Origin: a virus
IMG/VR virus record: IMGVR_UViG_3300037483_001148
Coordinates: 36,046-100,045 of that record
DNA length: 64,000 nt
Reading direction: 5' to 3' (one strand)
In this document: piece after piece, positions 9,094 through 15,649 of the stretch
How positions within the stretch are numbered: the stretch's first letter is position 1
Layout of the letters: each line of letters begins with the position of its first letter
Position numbers and translations under genes: made by a program
Notes under the pieces: model-generated
Database searches by the model: none
Seen by the model: only the letters and a program-made list of their open reading frames with translations
Told to the model about the DNA's origin: nothing

Positions 9094-11092
9094 AAAACTG
9101 AATAATATTAAAAAAGAAGTCGGGCGGGTTAATCACATCTGGATTTTTGACCGATCCGGCTCAATGAGTTGGGTAATCAAACAATTAGTTGAGGATATGA
9201 TTGAATTACAACGTGTTCTCAAGCCGGATGATACCCTTAGTGTTGGCTGGTTTTCCTCTGAAGGGGAATATAACTGGCTCATTAAAGGGTATGTAGTTGG
9301 TTCAATTGAGGGTGGGGTTGAAAAGCTGCTCAGAGCCAATAACACTTCATTGAACTTAACCTGCTTCAGTGAAATCCTGATTTCTACCAGCCAAGTGCTT
9401 CAGAATTTGAGCATTTTTAGCCCCCAGTTCTCCCTCATTTTCTTCACTGATGGTTATCCGGTAGTATCGAATTATCAACAAGAGGAAAATAACATCTTCA
9501 GAGCTATTTTTGACGTTGCCCCCGACATTGATAATTCTTTGCTCGTAGGGTATGGTGACTACTACAACAAACCTCTTTTAGTTCGGATGGCTCAGGCGTT
9601 TAATGGCGCTTTGATTCACTCATCTGACCTGGATTCCTACAAAGTCCAAAGCCGGACTTTTTTGGAAAATTTGACCCCCATGCAGCCAGTAGATTTGGAT
9701 GTTGACACCGAGCGCATCTATTTTACCCAAAAAGGAATGGTGACAGCTATGCCTGTTTTGGAAAGACACACATTTGTGCCAACCGGGGTGAAAGAAGTTT
9801 TTTATGAAACTGATCGAATCATGGTGCAATACGAGCCACCTTATGAGGCATGGTGTGCTGTAGCTGTCATTGCTCTTCAAGAAGCCGATGTTGAAAAAGC
9901 TATTGAAATGCTAGCAAAAACCGGCGATGTGTATTTGCTGGATTTAGCCAACAATGCCTTCACCAATCAAGACTTCGGCCAAGCGGAAAACGCCATTCGG
10001 GATGCTATTCAATATCCAGCCAAGCGTTTCCTAAGCGGTAAGGATTACAACTACCTCCCGGCTGATGACGCATTTTGTGTCTTGTATTTGCTGGAACTAC
10101 TTCAGCAAGACAAAAACGCCATGTTCTATCCCTACGACCCAATGTTCCATTACAAACGCACCGGGAAGAAGTCTAAGCAGCTTCCCGGCTATCCTCAATT
10201 TATCAAATCGGATGCTAATCCGGCCATTCCCCTGGAAGATTTGGTTTGGCATCAAACCAGAGCAAACATATCAATTCGCTGCCGGATTAACGGAGTAGTT
10301 GATATTGGCAAAAATGAGGTAGACTTGCCACCACACTTCTACACTCACATTTATCGCAACTATACTATCGTTAAAGATGGTAACTTGAATGTGACAATGC
10401 TGCCGGTATCTACTTCCAAACGAGTATTTGATGTTTTGAAGAAACACAACCTGGTCATGGGGAAATGGGAAAGCGGAAAAATCTACGCTGTTGACCTAGC
10501 CAAATTGCCGATCATTAACAAGGTCATCGCCAGAGGGTATAAGTCAGCAACGGCCCTATGTGAACGAGTCATGAGTGAAACTGAGGTCGAAGCGGGTTTG
10601 AAAGTCTACCGCCATTTTCTGAAGGAATTGCTACCGGAGAAACAAATTGAAGGGTATAAGCCAGAGCAGCAAATTTTCCTGAAAGAAAGAGGCATTACTT
10701 ACAACGGCTACAACCCGCCCACTGAGGATGAACCGGCTCAGGATTACTACTATGCCAAAGAGTTCAAGGTTGAAGTAGAAGGAATGAAATCATTGCCTTC
10801 GGTAAAAGAAGTTATGGAGAAAATGGAAGACGGTAAGAAACTCACAGGTCGCCAAGATTTACTCAGACCATTCATTGCCGATTTTCAGCTTCATGCAGAC
10901 GATAAGATTCCCTGGCTACAAGACCACATCGAATCAGCCAAAACGGAACTGTGGAATTTGCGGCGATACATTCAAAGAGCCAAGTTTGCCGTTATTGTCG
11001 GTAAGACATGGTTTGATGAACTAAAAGAACGGGAATGTGTTTTTGAGGGATGTTCATTATCATTCAAGGATAACACGAAAGTGGAATACTAA
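9080..11092 (+). CDS. vWA (MIDAS) domain protein with large C-terminal region
   Basis: IFDRSGSM (DxSxS), TCFSE, FFTDGYP. Confidence 0.85.
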   Translation: MLATKKLNNIKKEVGRVNHIWIFDRSGSMSWVIKQLVEDMIELQRVLKPDDTLSVGWFSSEGEYNWLIKGYVVGSIEGGVEKLLRANNTSLNLTCFSEILISTSQVLQNLSIFSPQFSLIFFTDGYPVVSNYQQEENNIFRAIFDVAPDIDNSLLVGYGDYYNKPLLVRMAQAFNGALIHSSDLDSYKVQSRTFLENLTPMQPVDLDVDTERIYFTQKGMVTAMPVLERHTFVPTGVKEVFYETDRIMVQYEPPYEAWCAVAVIALQEADVEKAIEMLAKTGDVYLLDLANNAFTNQDFGQAENAIRDAIQYPAKRFLSGKDYNYLPADDAFCVLYLLELLQQDKNAMFYPYDPMFHYKRTGKKSKQLPGYPQFIKSDANPAIPLEDLVWHQTRANISIRCRINGVVDIGKNEVDLPPHFYTHIYRNYTIVKDGNLNVTMLPVSTSKRVFDVLKKHNLVMGKWESGKIYAVDLAKLPIINKVIARGYKSATALCERVMSETEVEAGLKVYRHFLKELLPEKQIEGYKPEQQIFLKERGITYNGYNPPTEDEPAQDYYYAKEFKVEVEGMKSLPSVKEVMEKMEDGKKLTGRQDLLRPFIADFQLHADDKIPWLQDHIESAKTELWNLRRYIQRAKFAVIVGKTWFDELKERECVFEGCSLSFKDNTKVEY

Positions 11093-11130
11093 TGGAAGAA
11101 ATATGGAAAACAATTCCCAAAAACGCTTGA
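11092..11130 (+). pseudogene. 12-codon relic resembling a NUMOD4/HNH endonuclease N-terminus
   Basis: MEEIWKTIPKNA*, TAATG-coupled to the vWA stop. Confidence 0.35.
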
Positions 11131-11155
11131 CTTAATGCCTAGCCAGGAGTAAACT
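11127..11155 (+). promoter_or_regulatory. sigma70-type promoter, TTGACTTAATG family
   Basis: TTGACT-17 nt-TAAACT. Confidence 0.6.
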
Positions 11156-11156
11156 G

Positions 11157-11561
11157 ATGTCTGACTGTGTGTACTACGCTCTAAACCAACATCTTAGATG
11201 GCTTAGGGTAAGTCCGGTTAGGGTATTTGGGGTATATAACCAGGTACGCTTTCTATCCGGCCATAAATGGAACGATGATACTTTTGCCGGGGTTGTACCT
11301 TACATGGCCTTCCAGCTTGCGAAAATTTATGATGACCTGACAGCCATTGTGGAGCGTAACCCTGACTTTGACCTGTTGGCTCAAGCTAACACAGCAGAGA
11401 AAAAGTTCATGGGGGACATGGGGACAAGCCCCATTACCCCTGGCCCTGGTGTTTATTGTGGTTATTTTTCAGCCCATGCTATCTTCTGGTCACATGAACA
11501 AATGCCGATTGGGGATACATGGGTATTATCAATTAAATTCAGGAGGTTAAAAAATGACTGA
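11157..11561 (+). CDS. hypothetical protein, possible minimal Cys-His (papain-like) peptidase
   Basis: N-terminal DCVYYAL helix and distal SAHAIFW strand; AGGAG RBS; overlaps the Ubl-like gene. Confidence 0.5.
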   Translation: MSDCVYYALNQHLRWLRVSPVRVFGVYNQVRFLSGHKWNDDTFAGVVPYMAFQLAKIYDDLTAIVERNPDFDLLAQANTAEKKFMGDMGTSPITPGPGVYCGYFSAHAIFWSHEQMPIGDTWVLSIKFRRLKND

Positions 11562-11895
11562 AGTATTGACGGTTCAAATTAGAGTTTTGTTTCCAAATAA
11601 CGCTACCCATCACGCTGGTGAATCGGTAGACGTTCCGGCCCATGAGGTTCTTCGAGAAAATGACGACCTGGCCTCAATGTCGGATGCTACCCTGGTTCAC
11701 CGAGTAGAGGCGTATCTGGATTTGCCGGAAGGGACGATGCACGGCATGATCGTGCAACGGCCTGAAGCCGGGAACATTCTCATTACTGCCAAGACCCGAT
11801 TCGGCAATTTTAGTTGTGGGTACTGCGGAGCTACTTTTAGAAACTACCTGGACCTTCGCAATCACTTGACAGTGAATCCCACCCACAGCATCTAA
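11554..11895 (+). CDS. putative ubiquitin-like (beta-grasp) protein fused to a C-terminal C2H2 zinc finger
   Basis: beta-beta-alpha-beta-beta pattern ending GNILITAKTRFG (G84), then C-x2-C-x3-F-x5-L-x2-H-x6-H; AGGAGG RBS; E1-like gene nearby. Confidence 0.65.
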   Translation: MTEVLTVQIRVLFPNNATHHAGESVDVPAHEVLRENDDLASMSDATLVHRVEAYLDLPEGTMHGMIVQRPEAGNILITAKTRFGNFSCGYCGATFRNYLDLRNHLTVNPTHSI

Positions 11896-11917
11896 TGTTC
11901 CAGTTTTCCAGAACATC

Positions 11918-11946
11918 TTGACAAAATGGGTGGTTCGTAGTACACT
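11918..11946 (+). promoter_or_regulatory. sigma70 promoter for the ncRNA/tRNA cassette
   Basis: TTGACA-17 nt-TACACT; predicted +1 near 11953 coincides with the first RNA stem. Confidence 0.8.
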
Positions 11947-11952
11947 AAGACT

Positions 11953-12020
11953 ATCGTTCAACGGCAAGGGCGAACAAACACCAACAGCAAAAGTTTTTTA
12001 GCTCTTACTGCACAGAACGT
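11953..12020 (+). ncRNA. Y-RNA-like element A (minimal, no tRNA domain)
   Basis: CGTTC-AA-CGG-C-AAGGGC-GAACAAAC...GCTCTT-A-CTG-CACA-GAACG; same stem recurs in three downstream elements; upstream of Ro-like gene. Confidence 0.65.
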
Positions 12021-12038
12021 TACAGGATGGCGCGTTGA

Positions 12039-12118
12039 AAGGTAGGATTGACCGACTACCACAAATGCTGGATAAGAATGGTCGTTAAACATTAAACCCC
12101 AGTCACATCCGAAACCTT
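12039..12118 (+). ncRNA. unidentified structured RNA inside the cassette
   Basis: AAGGT/ACCTT, GGAT/ATCC, TGAC/GTCA, CGACTA/TGGTCG pairings. Confidence 0.35.
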
Positions 12119-12126
12119 AAAAATCA

Positions 12127-12268
12127 TTAACCGTTCGACTCTGGCAGCTTACAAACAGTATGGGTTCGATTCCCATATTCCAAGCTTCTTGGAATTAGCC
12201 TAATGGTAGGGCAACAGTCTTTCAAAAACTGTCTAAAAAATGCAGCTTTCAGTACATGGAACGGTTGA
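12127..12268 (+). ncRNA. Y-RNA-like element B (YrlA-like) with circularly permuted tRNA domain
   Basis: Outer stem TTAACCGTTC/GAACGGTTGA; order is T-arm ATGGG-TTCGATT-CCCAT, closed acceptor ATTCCAAG-CTT-CTTGGAAT, D-arm GCCT-AATGGTA-GGGC, anticodon arm ACAGT-CTTTCAAAA-ACTGT. Confidence 0.8.
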
Positions 12269-12275
12269 TACATAA

Positions 12276-12347
12276 TGTGGGGTAGAGCAGAGGTAGCTCG
12301 TCACGCTCATAACGTGAAGGTCGTGAGTTCGATTCTCACCCCCGCTA
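12276..12347 (+). tRNA. tRNA-Met(CAT), initiator-like
   Basis: TGTGGGG/CCCCGCT with 1:72 mismatch, GAGC/GCTC D-stem, TCACG-CTCATAA-CGTGA, GTGAG-TTCGATT-CTCAC; CCA not encoded. Confidence 0.9.
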
Positions 12348-12351
12348 CTAT

Positions 12352-12490
12352 GGCCTCCTAGCTAAAAATGCAATTGAAAGTAACCTAATCACAGAACGAG
12401 TTTCTCGTTCAACCTGGGGTACTTACAAACAATGGACAAAGCGTCAGTCTTAGGAACTGAAGAATCCTGGTTCGATTCCAGGGGAGGCCA
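12352..12490 (+). ncRNA. tRNA(TAG anticodon)-like RNA with a permuted Y-like module inserted in the D-arm (element D)
   Basis: GGCCTCC/GGAGGCC-A acceptor, TCAGT-CTTAGGA-ACTGA, CCTGG-TTCGATT-CCAGG; about 66-nt insert containing CACAGAACGAG-TTT-CTCGTTCAAC. Confidence 0.8.
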
Positions 12491-12491
12491 C

Positions 12492-12622
12492 TAATTCGTT
12501 CAACTCTAATGGCGAACAAACTTATGGTGCAGAGGTAGCACAACAAATTCATACTTTGTCGGTCGCAAGTTCGATTCTTGCTAAGTTTACCAAAAAACCG
12601 CCAATAGAACACAGAACGATTA
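12492..12622 (+). ncRNA. Y-RNA-like element E enclosing an intact tRNA
   Basis: TCGTTC-AAC-TCTA-A-TGGCG-AAC [tRNA] AAAAAC-CGCCA-A-TAGA-ACACA-GAACGA. Confidence 0.75.
12518..12592 (+). tRNA. tRNA with CAT anticodon (Met or Ile2), CCA encoded, nested in element E
   Basis: AAACTTA/TAAGTTT-A-CCA, GTGC-AGAGGTA-GCAC, ACAAA-TTCATAC-TTTGT, GCAAG-TTCGATT-CTTGC. Confidence 0.85.
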
Positions 12623-12627
12623 AAAAG

Positions 12628-12666
12628 AAAACAAAGAGTGGCCGCATTTAGCGGTCATTTTTGTTT
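12628..12666 (+). terminator. intrinsic terminator closing the RNA cassette
   Basis: AAACAAAGAGTGGCCGC-ATTTA-GCGGTCATTTTTGTTT. Confidence 0.8.
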
Positions 12667-12690
12667 AATATACATAAAAGAGGTTAAACG

Positions 12691-14169
12691 ATGGAACAAA
12701 ATACTGCCAGAAAGTTATTGTTCGACAATCTCCTAAAACTCCCCCACCGAGACTATAATGAATTAGTCCCCCACTTCTCCAAAGCAATGCTTGATGACCC
12801 CGATTTTACTTCCAAAGCAATGGTTTATCTGTTTACAACTTCAGTGATTCGAGATCAGCAAGACACGGCTGTTATTGCTCTCTTATCGTCACCAGCCCAT
12901 TTTGGCCTTCGAGATGCAGGTAAGGCTTTGTTCGGCCTGGACTTCTACAGAACTGCCAACACGACTGGTATGAAGGCTATGCCCCCATTTCGTCTGTTTC
13001 GCATCTTGCATTACCTTATGGGGTTTGGCCGGTACAAAGGTCAAAAAGCAATTAGTCCCCGACTGACCAGAACGTTGATGAATGACTACCTCACTTTCCT
13101 GGAATCTCATCCTGAGCGTTTTGATCGAGTCATTGCTCTCAATCGGCAAGAGGTTCATGATGCTTATGTCACCTTACATCGCAAACCTTCAGATCGAGTT
13201 AAGGCCATTGTGTTTGAAGACAATCCCCCCGAAGATTCCATTTTCTTTGCTATCAAGCAAGTTGGCCGGGAAGCTGACCCAATGGAAAAGGCAAGATTGG
13301 CAATGAAATTCAAGTTGCCTTATACCGTAGCTTCGGGCTTACTGCCCAAGAAAAACGCGGCAGCGCATGTGGCTCTCATTGATTTGATGTCGCCCACCGA
13401 AGCGGCCAATTCTATCGCCTGGGTAGAAAACTCAGGCGTGCTTGAAATCCCCGAAGTCAAAGCGGCTTTTGCCGCAAAGGTGGCAATGGCTAAGGACGTT
13501 ACCAGCCTGAAGCATCGAAAAAGTAGTGCATCCAAAAATGAAGCTGTTCAGCAAGCCGTATCTCAGGCCAGAGAAAAAGCTACGAGCGAAGCCAAGAAAA
13601 TCACCAAACGGGTTTTGCTCAACATTGATCGTTCCGGCTCAATGCGGCCAGCAATTGAAGTAGCTAAGGAATTTGCCGCTTTTTTAGGGGCAAGGCTGGA
13701 ATCACCTGATTTGCTCTATATGGTGGCTTTTAACGACATGGCTACTCGAATTAAGCCCCGTTCTCTGGCCTTGAGCGATGTTGAAGCAGCTTGCATGCTT
13801 ATAAAGGATAACGGGGCAACGTGTTTGGGAGTTGGGATTCAGACCGCTTTAGCAGATGGATTTGAACCGGAGGTTATTGTAACCCTCAGTGATTTTGAGG
13901 AAAACCGTAGACCCTCGTATTTGGAAATGGCCTCTAAGGTTGATTGCCAGCATGTGTTCATTGGCTTGGGCAACTACAAAGGGTATGCCCAGGCTTATAC
14001 TAATTCAGTGGAAAGCAAAGGGCATGCGGTATCGTTCTTTCCCTACATGGCTTCAGGACGTAATGACTATTACCTGTTTGAGCAAATAGCGGCTATTTTG
14101 GCTGGTCAGGGGAAAAAGAGTTTGGTCCAGGCTATTTTGGATATTGAACTGCCGTATGTGGTGAAGTAA
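12691..14169 (+). CDS. divergent Ro60/TROVE-like helical domain plus C-terminal vWA protein
   Basis: About 300-aa helical N-region (LPHR, DPDF..KAMVYL...IRD, LPYTVA, MSPTE) then LNIDRSGSM, GAT, LSDFEEN MIDAS; Ro60 size and layout; adjacent Y-like RNAs. Confidence 0.75.
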   Translation: MEQNTARKLLFDNLLKLPHRDYNELVPHFSKAMLDDPDFTSKAMVYLFTTSVIRDQQDTAVIALLSSPAHFGLRDAGKALFGLDFYRTANTTGMKAMPPFRLFRILHYLMGFGRYKGQKAISPRLTRTLMNDYLTFLESHPERFDRVIALNRQEVHDAYVTLHRKPSDRVKAIVFEDNPPEDSIFFAIKQVGREADPMEKARLAMKFKLPYTVASGLLPKKNAAAHVALIDLMSPTEAANSIAWVENSGVLEIPEVKAAFAAKVAMAKDVTSLKHRKSSASKNEAVQQAVSQAREKATSEAKKITKRVLLNIDRSGSMRPAIEVAKEFAAFLGARLESPDLLYMVAFNDMATRIKPRSLALSDVEAACMLIKDNGATCLGVGIQTALADGFEPEVIVTLSDFEENRRPSYLEMASKVDCQHVFIGLGNYKGYAQAYTNSVESKGHAVSFFPYMASGRNDYYLFEQIAAILAGQGKKSLVQAILDIELPYVVK

Positions 14170-14170
14170 A

Positions 14171-14341
14171 ATGGATACCTTCATAAACTTGACGGTTCTG
14201 ATTGCGGCAGTTTGGCTTATTCAACAGGGTTTGGTAATGAACACTTCAAACTTTCAATCGGCTCTGTATTTTAAGGTGATTCCATTTTCTATAGGCTTGG
14301 CCTGTCTATGGTCAGCCGGAAAACTGTTTGGGTGGATATGA
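14171..14341 (+). CDS. small membrane protein (56 aa, not in ORF track)
   Basis: MDTFINLTVLIAAVWLIQQGLV...PFSIGLACLWSAGKLFGWI; ATGA overlap with next gene. Confidence 0.55.
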   Translation: MDTFINLTVLIAAVWLIQQGLVMNTSNFQSALYFKVIPFSIGLACLWSAGKLFGWI

Positions 14342-14643
14342 AACTATTTTGGATTTTTTCTTGCATTGCAATGAGAATTAGTGGTGAACATGTTGAAGCA
14401 AATCATTTTCCATTTATAACAGAAGGAAAAGATAAAGCAGAGGCTACAACCTATGCTTTGGGGAAAACCTTAATGCAGTATAATCCATCCGACGATTGGG
14501 TTAGCCATCAAGTGACTCCATTAGAGATTTCCCCCAAGTGGTTAGTCGATGCGCTAACGGATGAGCAACGGCTAGAACTGTTTTCCAATTATTGCTTCCA
14601 TTGTGGTTCAAAAAATCTTCCCTGTCAGTGTCAAACGAGGTAA
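14338..14643 (+). CDS. hypothetical protein with C-terminal Cys cluster
   Basis: CFHCGSKNLPCQC; ATGA coupling. Confidence 0.6.
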   Translation: MKLFWIFSCIAMRISGEHVEANHFPFITEGKDKAEATTYALGKTLMQYNPSDDWVSHQVTPLEISPKWLVDALTDEQRLELFSNYCFHCGSKNLPCQCQTR

Positions 14644-14645
14644 AA

Positions 14646-14789
14646 ATGTATCTAAAATTAGGTCCGTTTGCAATAAACGTTAAAATGTATGAACTGATAA
14701 TTGTGTGTATGTCCTTAGTTCTTCTCTGTGCTGGCTTAACCGGCATAGTTAGAGCAATAGTACCTCTATTCATAAAATGTCTTTATTAA
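14646..14789 (+). CDS. small membrane protein
   Basis: GAGGT RBS; one hydrophobic helix. Confidence 0.5.
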   Translation: MYLKLGPFAINVKMYELIIVCMSLVLLCAGLTGIVRAIVPLFIKCLY

Positions 14790-15649
14790 ACGTTCTGAAC
14801 AAGCTAAGTGAACATATCCCCCAACCATTCTTAGCCCCTATCCCTCAGTCTGAAATAGTCTCCTGCTTTACTTTGCAGGAGACTATTCCTTATTGGTTTC
14901 ATCTAACCAACCCTCAACCTGGCTGGTGGTGGTTAAAACCGCATAGAAATGAAGCTGTCTTAAACCGGGAAGCTGAACCTCACGAATATCTATCTTACCT
15001 CTCACAGTTACCTCGCTGGATCGTCATTGTGATAGAGCAAAACCAGCATGGGGTAGTAGTAGTTCCTTACAATGCCTCAGATGCGACTCAACGCGGCTGG
15101 CTTAACTCTGAGCCTCGTTATGTCTATCTCACCAGAAAAGTCCAGCTTCAGACTTTTTCTGTTGTCTGTGTTAGAAACATGGCCGGAACGCTTCTATTTG
15201 ATGATTTCTATCCTTTAGATATAGAAGTGCAAAAAAAGTTGACAGATGGGGTAAACGAACAAAGGCCAGTAGTTGTGCCAGGCCATTTTAGTGTGGTATG
15301 GCAAATCGCTTTCCGGCGAATGGCCGAAGAAAGAGATCGTCAACTAAAAGAAGAAATCGAAAGAAAACGAAAGGAAGCGCAACTAACCGAAGAAGGCCGG
15401 ATTAGATACCGACTGGAATATGTTGGGGCTGAATTAGTTGAATATAAAAAACGAGGGGAACGATTTGATGTCACTTATGAGTACAATGGAGCAAGATTCA
15501 CCATGAATGTTAGACCCGACATGAGGATTGAGAGTGCCGGGATTTGTCTTTCGGGTGAAGATTCTAACCATGATCTATCATCCATTGTACTTACTATGGA
15601 ACGAGCCAGAGAGTTGCACAGACCGGGGATTGAGAGGTATCACCTATGA
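14777..15649 (+). CDS. conserved-looking protein with putative E2-like (Ubl-conjugating) C-terminal Cys motif
   Basis: C-terminal strands then IESAGICLSGED (C257), similar to the G-x-ICL active-site segment of UBC folds; coiled-coil linker; next to ThiF gene. Confidence 0.5.
   Translation: MSLLNVLNKLSEHIPQPFLAPIPQSEIVSCFTLQETIPYWFHLTNPQPGWWWLKPHRNEAVLNREAEPHEYLSYLSQLPRWIVIVIEQNQHGVVVVPYNASDATQRGWLNSEPRYVYLTRKVQLQTFSVVCVRNMAGTLLFDDFYPLDIEVQKKLTDGVNEQRPVVVPGHFSVVWQIAFRRMAEERDRQLKEEIERKRKEAQLTEEGRIRYRLEYVGAELVEYKKRGERFDVTYEYNGARFTMNVRPDMRIESAGICLSGEDSNHDLSSIVLTMERARELHRPGIERYHL

Noticed and set aside
12219-12227. Opal suppressor or alternative genetic code suggested by TCA in the element B loop
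   Set aside because: The acceptor is closed so it cannot be charged; TAA, TAG and TGA all terminate well-coupled genes.
12364-12429. Group I or archaeal BHB intron in the tRNA(TAG)
   Set aside because: Far too short for group I, no clear bulge-helix-bulge, and the insert matches the Y-like module of neighbouring RNAs.
12409-12612. Minus-strand 67-aa ORF
   Set aside because: Antisense to tRNA/Y-like RNAs; no RBS or recognisable protein features.
11953-12622. CRISPR array or simple tandem repeat explanation for the recurring CGTTCAAC/CACAGAACG motifs
   Set aside because: Motifs are short paired halves of a stem with irregular spacing and tRNA payloads; no cas genes.
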